A stretch of 64,000 bases of DNA from a virus, in the UHGV virus genome UHGV-1366990; one strand, given 5' to 3'. The translations under genes and the position numbers were made by a program. The notes beneath the pieces were generated by a model. That model made no database searches, had not been told where the DNA came from, and worked only from the letters and a program-made list of their open reading frames with translations. Shown here piece after piece: positions 9,045 through 18,057 of the stretch. Numbering within the stretch: position 1 is the stretch's first letter; each line of letters begins with the position of its first letter.

Positions 9045-10268
9045 ATGAAAGATAAACCATATGACATCCCATATTGCGGTGTCCGTGAAACCAAAATCAA
9101 ATCAGCCCATCCTATGTTAAGTTCATTCCACCGCCAGCTGGCATATGAATGGATGAGGGATCGTTATGCGATACATGTCAAGAAGGACGTGCAATGCCTT
9201 CCAGCGCCATGGACGGATAATCCGGTATTACGCCAAGTCAAGTTTTGTAACGTGCGGAGAGAGCACGATAGACAGTCTCGAAATTTGATCAATAATATCA
9301 TCCTCAATCAGGATCTCACGCTATCTGACAAAATGTTCAACTGTGTATTGTTCCGCATGTACAACATGTGGGAACCTATACAGGCTTTGGGTGGTCCATG
9401 GACGATCGAAGAATTCGGAAACATAAATCTTGAATGGTGTCGAAATGTTCTTCAGGAATTCGAATCTAAAGGTGGCAAAGTTTTCACCAATGCGTTTAAT
9501 ACAGGCGGTCTGAAACAATGCCTGGCTTTCCCCGAACTAGTTGTCAACCACAAGGAGCATCACTTCGGTGGGATGATGGTGAATCTGATCTGTAAAGACG
9601 GTTCAATCCAGAACATGGATTACAAGGAAGCCAAGGCCATCGCTGAAGCAGAGCCGGACTTCTACACCATCGAAGGTTGGGAACCGTACATGCCAATGCG
9701 TGTCATCCGCTCCCTGAAGGCATTCGTCAACAAACACCCTCATTACTTTGATCGCCTCAGGGAATTTAGCCGTCCCGACTCTGTTTACCAGGCGATGTAT
9801 GACGACATTGAGGGGCTTGGACCATTCTTGGCATACCAGATTTGGGTTGATTTTACATACATCGATGAATATCCATTCAGTGAAAACCACTTCACTATCG
9901 CTGGTCCAGGTTGCCGTGCTGGTATCGATCTGTTATTTTTGGACAAGGACGGCATGACGCATGAAGAATGCATATTCTGGGTTCGTGATCATCAAGATCA
10001 ATTGTTCGCTCAGTATGGGTATAAACGTAATGAATTTTGGTCGGCAGAAGAACCGGAAGACCGTTGCATGAATGTTATGCAGCTGGAGAACATGTTCTGT
10101 GAACTTCAGAAATATACCCGCTGCGTTGAGGCAGTGATGCGCGGGGAGAAACCTCGAGGAAAGGTGGGGTATGACGGGAATGGCAGTGCGTATAAGCAAC
10201 GTTGTGATGAAGTCGTGCTCAAACGTGGTTCCGTCAATTTGCTGGACCGTTTGAAGAAACCTGAATAA
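9045..10268 (+). CDS. Hypothetical protein (407 aa)
   Basis: Long ORF with RBS AAGAGGA; no motif recognised by eye. Confidence 0.65.
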   Translation: MKDKPYDIPYCGVRETKIKSAHPMLSSFHRQLAYEWMRDRYAIHVKKDVQCLPAPWTDNPVLRQVKFCNVRREHDRQSRNLINNIILNQDLTLSDKMFNCVLFRMYNMWEPIQALGGPWTIEEFGNINLEWCRNVLQEFESKGGKVFTNAFNTGGLKQCLAFPELVVNHKEHHFGGMMVNLICKDGSIQNMDYKEAKAIAEAEPDFYTIEGWEPYMPMRVIRSLKAFVNKHPHYFDRLREFSRPDSVYQAMYDDIEGLGPFLAYQIWVDFTYIDEYPFSENHFTIAGPGCRAGIDLLFLDKDGMTHEECIFWVRDHQDQLFAQYGYKRNEFWSAEEPEDRCMNVMQLENMFCELQKYTRCVEAVMRGEKPRGKVGYDGNGSAYKQRCDEVVLKRGSVNLLDRLKKPE

Positions 10269-10383
10269 AGATTCCCTTTACTTCGTTCTTCAATAACTCT
10301 TTTCAACGTATTATTGACCTCACTTAAACGAAGCGCCCTGGCAAACGGGGCGCACATTTGAACTGAAACAGGAAGACTACACC

Positions 10384-12402
10384 ATGTCAGAATTTAAGCC
10401 CTTCGCAGTAGCTGTTAACAACAACGTGCTGGCTATGTCAGCATCTGGTCTGTTCATGACCAACATCGATAAAGATGCTCTGTGGGATCTGTATCTGTCT
10501 TCTTTCCCTGCTGGTACCAACCCGCTCTACCGTGAGCGTACCGAGCACGACTGCACCTGCTGTAAACAATTCATCCGTAACATCGGCGGTGTGGTCACCA
10601 TCGACGCCGACCTGAACGTGATCTCTATCTGGGATAACATTCAGCTGGGTAACGAATACGACGTTGTCGCTGCGGCGCTGTCAGCGTATGTTAAGCAGCA
10701 CGCAATCGTCGACGTGTACTTCAACGACACCAAGAAAGTTGGTGTTGAGTCGAATCACGAAATGAAAGACGGTATTGTCCGCACCTACAACCACTTCCAC
10801 ACCGACCTGCTGGGCAGCTATGTTCTGCGGGCAGATACCATCGCTTCTAAGAAGGGTGAAATCCGCCAGGCGATTGAAGTGTTTGAGCGCGGCCTGCGTG
10901 AACTGTCTCTGGAATCGGCTGAAATCGTTCTGGAATTGATTGACCAGAATTCTCTGTATCGCGGTGAAGAGCACAAAGCGGCAGTGCAGGCGTTCGTGGT
11001 GAACAAGACCCTGTACGAACAAACTGCAGAAGAGAAACGCGCTCTGTGGGCTTGGCGCACTGGCTACCGTGCAAACGGTCATACCCCTCACGGCATTCGT
11101 AATACCGTGATTGGCTCTCTGCTGGTAGACCTCAATGAAGGCCGGGATCTGGAAACCGCCGTGAAGTCCTTTGAAGCCAAAGTCGCTCCGACGAACTACA
11201 AGCGCCCAACCGCGCTGGTCACGAAGTCCATGATTGAAAACGCGCAGAAAGAAGTCGAAGCGCTGGGCCTGACCGATTCACTGGGTCGCCGTTATGCCGT
11301 GTATGACGATCTGACCATCAACAATGTTCTGTTCGCCGATCTGGCAGCTCAGAAGAAGATGGACCCGTTTGCTCAGCTGGCGTCTGAAGTGAAGACTCCG
11401 ACCAAGTCCCTGGACAAGGTTGAAGAGATCACGATCGACGACTTCCTGACCAACGTGTTGCCAAAGGCGCATTCCCTGGAAGTACTGGTTGAAAACTCTC
11501 ACATTGGCAACCTGATGTCCCTGATCGCTCCGGCTACCGCAGGCGCTCCTAACCTGTTCAAGTGGAACAACGGCTTCAGCTGGTCGTACAATGGCGAAGT
11601 GGCCGACTCCATCAAAGAGCGCGTGAAGACCGCAGGCGGTAATGTCGACAGTTTCCTCCGTGTGTCACTGGCTTGGCATAACAACGACGACCTGGATCTG
11701 AGCATGAACGATCCTCTTCACAACCACGTGTATTATCACAACCGTCGTTCGACAACTGGCGCAACTCTGGACATCGACATGAACGGTATGGACGGCATTG
11801 ATCCAAACCGCCGTCCGGTGGAGAACATCTTCTTCAGCGATGAACGCAAGCTGCGTGATGGTCTGTACGAGTTCTATGTCACTAACTTCAGCCAGCGTGA
11901 AACCTGTGATATGGGCTTCGAAATCGAAGTTGAATACAAAGGCCAGACCAAGCGTTTTTCGCATCCTGGCCTGAAGCACAAAGATCGCACTCTGGCTGTT
12001 GTGATTGATGTCCGCGCTGGACAAGTGGTAGACATCCGTTCTACCCTGAAAGACGACGCTCGCTCTCAGGAAATCTGGGGCATCAAGACCTCCGTCTTCC
12101 AGAAGGTACAGCTGGTTCTGAACTCACCAAACCATTGGGACGGCGAGCAGACTGGCAACAAGCACGTGTTCTTCATCCTGGAAGGTTGTGCTAACCCTGT
12201 CGGCACCCGTGGTTTCTATAACGAATATCTGAAGCCGGAACTTGATAAACACCGCAAGGTTTTTGAAATGTTAGGCGGTAAGATTAAAGTACAGCCAAGC
12301 ACTGAGCAGCTGTCCGGTCTGGGCTTCTCTACCACCCAACGCAACCACGTGTTCGTGAAGGTGAGCGGTTCGTTCAACCGCACTGTGAAAGTTGTGTTCT
12401 AA
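10384..12402 (+). CDS. Hypothetical protein (672 aa)
   Basis: Long ORF with RBS AGGAAG; no recognised catalytic motif. Confidence 0.7.
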   Translation: MSEFKPFAVAVNNNVLAMSASGLFMTNIDKDALWDLYLSSFPAGTNPLYRERTEHDCTCCKQFIRNIGGVVTIDADLNVISIWDNIQLGNEYDVVAAALSAYVKQHAIVDVYFNDTKKVGVESNHEMKDGIVRTYNHFHTDLLGSYVLRADTIASKKGEIRQAIEVFERGLRELSLESAEIVLELIDQNSLYRGEEHKAAVQAFVVNKTLYEQTAEEKRALWAWRTGYRANGHTPHGIRNTVIGSLLVDLNEGRDLETAVKSFEAKVAPTNYKRPTALVTKSMIENAQKEVEALGLTDSLGRRYAVYDDLTINNVLFADLAAQKKMDPFAQLASEVKTPTKSLDKVEEITIDDFLTNVLPKAHSLEVLVENSHIGNLMSLIAPATAGAPNLFKWNNGFSWSYNGEVADSIKERVKTAGGNVDSFLRVSLAWHNNDDLDLSMNDPLHNHVYYHNRRSTTGATLDIDMNGMDGIDPNRRPVENIFFSDERKLRDGLYEFYVTNFSQRETCDMGFEIEVEYKGQTKRFSHPGLKHKDRTLAVVIDVRAGQVVDIRSTLKDDARSQEIWGIKTSVFQKVQLVLNSPNHWDGEQTGNKHVFFILEGCANPVGTRGFYNEYLKPELDKHRKVFEMLGGKIKVQPSTEQLSGLGFSTTQRNHVFVKVSGSFNRTVKVVF

Positions 12403-12446
12403 ACCTGATTTGAAATTGTAACCCATTCATCATTGAGGATAGTAAA

Positions 12447-12818
12447 ATGTTTGATAAAGCAACCCGTATGAAACTGCGCTTCGAGTCTAACAAAGGCCTG
12501 TTGTCTGTTGAGCAGGTCTGGGACCTGAGCCTGACTGCCCTGAACGAAATGGCGAAAGGTCTGAGCCGTCAGGTGAAAGCAGCAGAAACCGATGAAGAAG
12601 ATTTCATTGGTACCAAAAGCAACGTTGACTCCGAACTGCAGCTGCGCTTCGACGTTGTCAAGCACATCATCGGCGTTAAGCTGAAAGAACGTGACGACAG
12701 CAGAGAAGCGGCAGAGCGTAAGGCGAACAACCAGGTTATCCTGGAGCTGATCCAACGTAAGAAACAGCAAGAGCTGGAAAGCAAATCTGTTGAAGAACTG
12801 GAAGCGCTGCTGAAATAA
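12447..12818 (+). CDS. Hypothetical protein, charged/coiled-coil-like
   Basis: 123-aa ORF followed by a rho-independent terminator. Confidence 0.6.
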   Translation: MFDKATRMKLRFESNKGLLSVEQVWDLSLTALNEMAKGLSRQVKAAETDEEDFIGTKSNVDSELQLRFDVVKHIIGVKLKERDDSREAAERKANNQVILELIQRKKQQELESKSVEELEALLK

Positions 12819-12842
12819 CCCTGTTGGCCTCGGCCTGAGCAA

Positions 12843-12868
12843 CCCCGCCATGTGCGGGGTTTCTTTTT
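12843..12868 (+). terminator. Rho-independent terminator
   Basis: CCCCGC..GCGGGG stem followed by TTTCTTTTT. Confidence 0.6.
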
Positions 12869-12879
12869 GGACAAAGAAT

Positions 12880-13281
12880 ATGAAACTTGTCATCTGTGAT
12901 TACTGCGGCCTCCTAGCCGAATTCGTCGGTGGTGATGTTCTCTACCCTCATCGCCCTGACCTCCGCAATCTGAAGTTCTGGGTGTGCACTCCATGTGATG
13001 CCCGTGTCGGTTGCCATGCCCATGGCGACGGCAGACAACCTTTGGGAAGGATGGCGAATGCCGCTCTCCGTGCTGCTAAGCAGGAAGCCCATAGATCGTT
13101 TGACCCATTGTGGAAAAGCGGAGAGAGGAGCAGGAGCGACGCTTACAGTTGGCTGGCGCATGAGCTGGGGATAAAGAAGCGTGAGTGTCATATTGGCTTG
13201 TTCGATATCGACATGTGCCGTAAAGTAGTTGCTGTATGCAACCAATTACGGGAAACACAGAATGGCAACCATCAATCGTAA
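12880..13281 (+). CDS. Zinc-ribbon protein (CxxC...CxxC; DUF3268-like)
   Basis: MKLVICDYCG...WVCTPCDARVGCHAHG pattern recalled from prophage zinc-finger proteins; internal ATG of ORF 12850..13281. Confidence 0.55.
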   Translation: MKLVICDYCGLLAEFVGGDVLYPHRPDLRNLKFWVCTPCDARVGCHAHGDGRQPLGRMANAALRAAKQEAHRSFDPLWKSGERSRSDAYSWLAHELGIKKRECHIGLFDIDMCRKVVAVCNQLRETQNGNHQS

Positions 13282-14056
13282 TGAACCCCAAGGTGTTGAG
13301 CTGAAGGGTAAATCTGTTCGCGAAGGTCTAAGGCTATCTCCAGATCTTCTGAAGTCACACATTGCCGAAGTCATCTATGAAGACCGTGAAGTCGGCGGCC
13401 ACCGCGTCATCACCTGCCACTTCAAGATGGACAACGGCTTTGTCGTGTGGGGTAAGAGTAGCTCTACTTCCATCGACCCTGCCAACTTTGATGAAGAGTT
13501 GGGCAAGAAGCTGGCCTATGACAAGACCTTCTCCCAGTTGTGGGAACTGGAAGCCTACCGCGCCGTTGTGGAGAAGCAGATGTTGGAGGTGGCTACCGCC
13601 GATGCGAAGATAGACATCTTCCAGTACATCTCCGAAAGGGGGAAGATAAATCATATGGCTGGGATGGAATTCTTACAAGGCCACGGTCAGTCTTTCGTGT
13701 TCCGACATCCACGAGACCCAAGTCGCGGATTCGGTGCTGAATTTATTCAGACTGACAACGAACGCCACAACGAACAATTCAATGGTAAATCCCGAGAGAA
13801 GGTTGAAGCCTATCTGCGTTCGTTCATGCGCCCGGATGAATTGTATTCTGAACTCGTTGTTCGTCTGGCCAAGACTTGCATGGCGGCCTACAAGGGTGGG
13901 ATCTACTTTAATGCCACCTCTTGGGATAAGATGAGCGCCGAAGAACAGAAAGACTGCTGTGATGACGTCAGGCGGCTCTTGCTGGCTCCGACGGATTATA
14001 CCCCAACCGACCAGAAGGATGCGCTGTTCAAGGCCATCGTTGATTCTTACAAATAA
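13262..14056 (+). CDS. Hypothetical protein
   Basis: Internal ATG (MATINRNEPQ) of ORF 13229..14056; overlaps upstream gene by 20 nt. Confidence 0.55.
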   Translation: MATINRNEPQGVELKGKSVREGLRLSPDLLKSHIAEVIYEDREVGGHRVITCHFKMDNGFVVWGKSSSTSIDPANFDEELGKKLAYDKTFSQLWELEAYRAVVEKQMLEVATADAKIDIFQYISERGKINHMAGMEFLQGHGQSFVFRHPRDPSRGFGAEFIQTDNERHNEQFNGKSREKVEAYLRSFMRPDELYSELVVRLAKTCMAAYKGGIYFNATSWDKMSAEEQKDCCDDVRRLLLAPTDYTPTDQKDALFKAIVDSYK

Positions 14057-14087
14057 CTGAATTATCAAAGTCCTTCAATAACAATAA

Positions 14088-14118
14088 CGCCCAGTATATT
14101 TGCTGGGCGTTTCAATTT
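14088..14118 (+). terminator. Rho-independent terminator
   Basis: CGCCCAG..CTGGGCG stem followed by T-rich tract. Confidence 0.5.
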
Positions 14119-14129
14119 GTACATCACAG

Positions 14130-14135
14130 TATAAT
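14130..14135 (+). promoter_or_regulatory. -10 hexamer TATAAT upstream of 14167
   Basis: Perfect TATAAT 32 nt upstream of ATG; -35 weak. Confidence 0.35.
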
Positions 14136-14166
14136 ACGGCTGTACAATACACCATGAGGTTACATT

Positions 14167-14435
14167 ATGTTTCGTTTGAAATTGAACGACCAAGATGTGT
14201 TCTACAAACACTTCACCTTCCCAGGTGGTGAGGAACATATCAAGATTCAAAAATCTGGTATCCCTATCGGCCATGTTCAGAACGTGGTGATTGATGCTCA
14301 CATCAAATCATCAGACGTTCAGAAGCGGTTGGCTCTATCCAGCGCCTGTGGGAGATCTTTGAAACTGGGCACTTCCTGTTGGATGAGCACATCGGCCTGA
14401 TCTACGGTGATTCTATCACCCCCCCTGGCGCGTGA
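14167..14435 (+). pseudogene. Small gene apparently split by a frameshift (frame 1 from 14167 continuing in frame 3 to stop 14433..14435)
   Basis: Frame-1 ORF 14167..14400 ends in low-complexity tail while the overlapping frame-3 stretch 14295..14435 (no ATG) reads as a natural C-terminus (IQRLWEIFETGHFLLDEHIGLIYGDSITPPGA). Confidence 0.35.
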
Positions 14436-14485
14436 AGACCGCTATTAAATCCCAACAGGGCGTCGTCTCTGTTAAGTGAGATCAA

Positions 14486-14701
14486 ATGATACTGAAAGAA
14501 TGTTTTACCGACCTGAAGGCGACGTCTGAAAGTATTCCGGCTTGCATTCAGAACTATGCTCCAAAGGATGTGCTCTTGGCTCAGCTGGAGCAGTCTCGTG
14601 AGTTTATCAACAATATGCTGGACTCTGTAAAGACGCGCATCGAAGCCGCTGATGAGTCTGAACTTAACCCTTACGCACAAGGCGAAGAGAACAATGATTG
14701 A
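14486..14701 (+). CDS. Hypothetical small acidic protein
   Basis: 71-aa ORF, stop overlaps next start (ATGATTGA); weak RBS. Confidence 0.4.
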   Translation: MILKECFTDLKATSESIPACIQNYAPKDVLLAQLEQSREFINNMLDSVKTRIEAADESELNPYAQGEENND

Positions 14702-16895
14702 ATCATTAGAATTTAAGAATGCGGTTGCGACTGCTGCCCCGTCCAACCATGTAATCGTTGTAGACATTTCCGGCTCTATGTACCGTGCGCTCCCTGAAGT
14801 CCGTAAGCATCTGAAGGAGAACCTGCCTTCCCTGGTGAAACCGGAAGACACTGTGAGTGTTCTATACTTCTCATCCAAAGGCGACTTTGGCACTGTGTTC
14901 GCTGGCCGTCAGATCAATGCAGCATCCGACCTGAGCGAAATCAACAATCTGATTGACCGTTTCCTGCAACCATCCGGCTGTACTGGTTTCGTTGAGCCAT
15001 TGAAACTGGCGATGGACACTGCTCGTGGCCTGAAGAAGCCTGGCTATGTCAACAACCTGGCGTTCATGACTGACGGGTATGACAACTGCTGGCGTACCAA
15101 CGAAATTCTACTGGTTGCTGAGACCCTGCCATTTGCTTTTGATAACATTACATTTATCGAATATGGCTGGTACTGTAACCGCGAACTGCTGGCGCAGATG
15201 GCCGAACGCTCTGGTGCTACTCACGTGTTTGCCGAAGGTCAGACCGAATACCAGACCGAGCTGGAAAACGTGCTGAAGTCATCAGTGCCGAAGGTGAAAG
15301 TTGATGTCCCAGTCATCTACACCCATGCCATCTACGTCGAAAACGGTGTGGCAACAGTACTGGCGGTGCAGGACGATGACTCTCACCCGGTCGGCTATGT
15401 GAGCATCCCTGAGAGCGTCACCAAGCTGTGGGTTGTAAACCCTAACATGATCGACCAGCTTGATGCGCTGGCGGATATCCAGGCGGCATACGTGCTGGCG
15501 TTCTACGGCGTACACATCATGGACGCGGACCTGGTGTGGGCTGCACTGAAGAAAACAGGTGACGTTCGCTTCATCAAACAGTACAGCAACTGCTTCACCA
15601 AGCAGGACTACTCCAACATCAAGAACGATCTGGTTCAGGCGATTGTTGAAGACCAGCTGCGCGGCGTTGACGGTATTGACTATGACCTGGTTCCGGCTGA
15701 AGATGCGACCACCGTCGTTGATGTGCTGACGTACCTGGCTGAAGCTGGTGTGCCTGTTGCTACCAAGCATCCGATGTTCTCCTATAAGAGTATCGGGCGC
15801 GGTACTGTGCAGAAAACCGACGACACCGAAGACAAGCTGGCAGAACAGATCGCGAATGCTCAGTCCAAAGAAGAGCGTAAAGCCCTGGCTCTCAAGCTGG
15901 CAGAGCACGAAGAGTGGAACCCGACGTTCGAACCTACCAACGACCTGGGTGTTGTGCCAATCAGTGATTTGGTCTATAACTTCGAGCGCCCGAACATCAG
16001 TGTGCGTACAATTCAACACGGTACTGTGGCTGTGCCTGAATTCGCACAGAAGAAGTTTGGCCTGCCTGAAGAACTGGACACTTTCCAGTGGCGCAACTAC
16101 ACCATCGTCAAAGACGGTATCATCAACGTGAAGACTCTGCCGTTCAAGGCTGATATCGAAGTTGTACAGAAGCTGATCGAAATGGGCGTCCACGTGTTTG
16201 GTGGTCCGGAAGTGTTTGTCCTGAACCTGGAAAGCGTACCGCTGGTCAACCGCGCCATGGTCAAGAACATCAGTGCTGCTCAGTTCTTTGCGGATAATGT
16301 CCGTCTGGAAGCCCTGAAAGGTAAGCAGAAGGTGCTGAAGTTCTATCGAGACGCCCTGGTTGGTAAGGGTAACGCCAAAGGCCTGGCAGTACAGTACGGC
16401 GCTGAGGCGGCCGAGTTCCTGTCCTCCTACGGCATCCGCGATTACGGCTTCTCACCGAAGACTGAGACCAAAGAGTCTACCGACTTCTACATGAGCCGTG
16501 AGCTGAACGTGAAGATCGCCGGGGCGTCTTCACTACCGAGCATCGCGGCAGTACAGAAGAAGATCGCAGAGAACAAGAAACTCAATGCTGGTGACTTGTT
16601 CATCGCCAATGCTCTGAAAGAGTACGAAGCATTCGTGAAGTCTCCTATGATCACTGCCGTGCCTGAAGCCTTACAGAAACAGCTGATCGAAAACTGGATC
16701 GACGCTGCTGCCAAGGCGGCCATCACCGAAGTCCGTGCCCTGAACAAGACGCTGTCTAAAGTGGTGTATGGTATCGTTGCTGGTCATGGCTGGTTCACCG
16801 ACCTCGACCTGGAAGAGTCCACCATGGAAGTTGAAGTGGATGGCGTGAAGTACAAGGTCACTGCCGAACTGACAGAGAAAGAAATCAAAATCTAA
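14694..16895 (+). CDS. von Willebrand factor A (vWA) domain protein, 733 aa
   Basis: N-terminal VIVVDISGSM (DxSxS MIDAS motif) and downstream MTDGYDN; long C-terminal region of unknown function. Confidence 0.75.
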   Translation: MIESLEFKNAVATAAPSNHVIVVDISGSMYRALPEVRKHLKENLPSLVKPEDTVSVLYFSSKGDFGTVFAGRQINAASDLSEINNLIDRFLQPSGCTGFVEPLKLAMDTARGLKKPGYVNNLAFMTDGYDNCWRTNEILLVAETLPFAFDNITFIEYGWYCNRELLAQMAERSGATHVFAEGQTEYQTELENVLKSSVPKVKVDVPVIYTHAIYVENGVATVLAVQDDDSHPVGYVSIPESVTKLWVVNPNMIDQLDALADIQAAYVLAFYGVHIMDADLVWAALKKTGDVRFIKQYSNCFTKQDYSNIKNDLVQAIVEDQLRGVDGIDYDLVPAEDATTVVDVLTYLAEAGVPVATKHPMFSYKSIGRGTVQKTDDTEDKLAEQIANAQSKEERKALALKLAEHEEWNPTFEPTNDLGVVPISDLVYNFERPNISVRTIQHGTVAVPEFAQKKFGLPEELDTFQWRNYTIVKDGIINVKTLPFKADIEVVQKLIEMGVHVFGGPEVFVLNLESVPLVNRAMVKNISAAQFFADNVRLEALKGKQKVLKFYRDALVGKGNAKGLAVQYGAEAAEFLSSYGIRDYGFSPKTETKESTDFYMSRELNVKIAGASSLPSIAAVQKKIAENKKLNAGDLFIANALKEYEAFVKSPMITAVPEALQKQLIENWIDAAAKAAITEVRALNKTLSKVVYGIVAGHGWFTDLDLEESTMEVEVDGVKYKVTAELTEKEIKI

Positions 16896-16901
16896 TCCAA
16901 C

Positions 16902-16925
16902 GGGCGGGGCAACCCGCCTTTCTTT
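16902..16925 (+). terminator. Rho-independent terminator after vWA gene
   Basis: GGCGGGG/CCCGCC stem followed by TTTCTTT. Confidence 0.6.
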
Positions 16926-16937
16926 GGGAGAAGTAGC

Positions 16938-17261
16938 ATGAGCAGTAAACCAACATATGTTGAAGTCATGCGTCATCTGGCTCAGTACGCCACCGACAAT
17001 CTGAATATGGATCTGTGGCGTGACGATGACAAGCGCAAATTGCTGGACGACGTGGCATCTCAGAACGAGGACGCCCTGGACAAGCTGGCTGGCCTCCGTA
17101 CCAAGAAAGACCTCGGCGGTGATGAACTGGACGCTATCGAAATCGTAATGGACCTCGAAGAAGAGTTTCAGGTCGAAATCGACGACGGCTGGCTGGGTAG
17201 TAAAGGCGATGACCCGACCATGGGTGAACTCGCTGAACTCGTGGTTGCCCTGCGCAAATAA
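16938..17261 (+). CDS. Acyl-carrier-protein-like protein with Glu in place of the phosphopantetheine-site Ser
   Basis: DLGGDELDAIEIVMDLEEEFQVEI aligns with E. coli ACP [24 protein letters not shown]; flanked by terminators. Confidence 0.7.
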   Translation: MSSKPTYVEVMRHLAQYATDNLNMDLWRDDDKRKLLDDVASQNEDALDKLAGLRTKKDLGGDELDAIEIVMDLEEEFQVEIDDGWLGSKGDDPTMGELAELVVALRK

Positions 17262-17267
17262 CAGAAG

Positions 17268-17292
17268 TCCCCAACAAACGTTGGGGATTTTT
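17268..17292 (+). terminator. Rho-independent terminator after ACP-like gene
   Basis: TCCCCAAC/GTTGGGGA stem followed by TTTTT. Confidence 0.6.
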
Positions 17293-17303
17293 ACTTTTAG
17301 GGG

Positions 17304-17332
17304 TTTACTTCCTCTAAGGAATGTCCTATTAT
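17304..17332 (+). promoter_or_regulatory. Early-type promoter TTTACT-N17-TATTAT
   Basis: Exact 17-bp spacing; directly follows terminator hairpin. Confidence 0.6.
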
Positions 17333-17383
17333 TCAATAACTGGCGAACGATGGGTTCACCGGGTTGAAAGGTAAGATTATATC

Positions 17384-17623
17384 ATGAAGAACAAAATGGT
17401 CGAAACTTCAGTAGAGATTGATCGCAATTGGGGATTGCTCCGCGCTAAAGGGTTCCGCCGTGTGTATGCGACCAAAGAAGTCTACGCACAGCGTCGTGAC
17501 GTTATCATCAGCAAGAAAGGCAAAGAGTGGGTTGCTGAAGAAGTTGATGTCGAGACAGGCATCGTAGGAAAGGTAAAGGCCAAGGCCGCGATCCTCTTCG
17601 CTCTTCTGAAGCACATCAGTTAA
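17384..17623 (+). CDS. Hypothetical small basic protein
   Basis: 79-aa ORF downstream of TTTACT-N17-TATTAT promoter. Confidence 0.55.
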   Translation: MKNKMVETSVEIDRNWGLLRAKGFRRVYATKEVYAQRRDVIISKKGKEWVAEEVDVETGIVGKVKAKAAILFALLKHIS

Positions 17624-17682
17624 TTCTATAACTTTGGGCGGGGTATGATTACCCCGTCTATTTGAAACCAAGAGACTATATC

Positions 17683-18057
17683 ATGAAAAAGTTAATCCTC
17701 GCTGTTGCCCTGCTGGGCGCTTCCTTTGCTGCTGTTTCCGCCCCTCCTGTCATCACCGGAGTGTCTACCAACGGTGTTTATGCTTTCAAGGCGTATGGCC
17801 AAGACCTCGTTCTGTATAAGAACGGGAAGATGATTGAGCGCTGCGTATCAGACGACGTGAATCGTGGGATCGACAATCAGGGTAGCCCATACGTCCTGGA
17901 CATCTATTCCTGCTCCAACGGGACGAAGTCCTTTGGCGTCAAGACCTTTGGCAACGTCGCCGACGGTGGCTGGGGCTTCATGTTCGAAACCCGCAACCAC
18001 CACCCGGTCAAGACCATGCAAGAAGAGTTCTTGATCTCTGTCGGGGGTACGTTATGA
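17683..18057 (+). CDS. Secreted protein with N-terminal signal peptide
   Basis: MKKLILAVALLGASFAAVSA signal peptide; internal ATG of ORF 17662..18057. Confidence 0.65.
   Translation: MKKLILAVALLGASFAAVSAPPVITGVSTNGVYAFKAYGQDLVLYKNGKMIERCVSDDVNRGIDNQGSPYVLDIYSCSNGTKSFGVKTFGNVADGGWGFMFETRNHHPVKTMQEEFLISVGGTL

Noticed and set aside
14402-14893. 163-aa minus-strand ORF
   Set aside because: Antisense to two plus-strand ORFs including the vWA gene start; Arg/Ser/Leu-rich composition typical of antisense frames
15282-16193. 303-aa minus-strand ORF inside the vWA gene
   Set aside because: Fully contained antisense within a motif-supported plus-strand gene
16671-17336. 221-aa minus-strand ORF spanning the ACP-like gene and two terminators
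   Set aside because: Crosses two terminators and a promoter; antisense to supported genes
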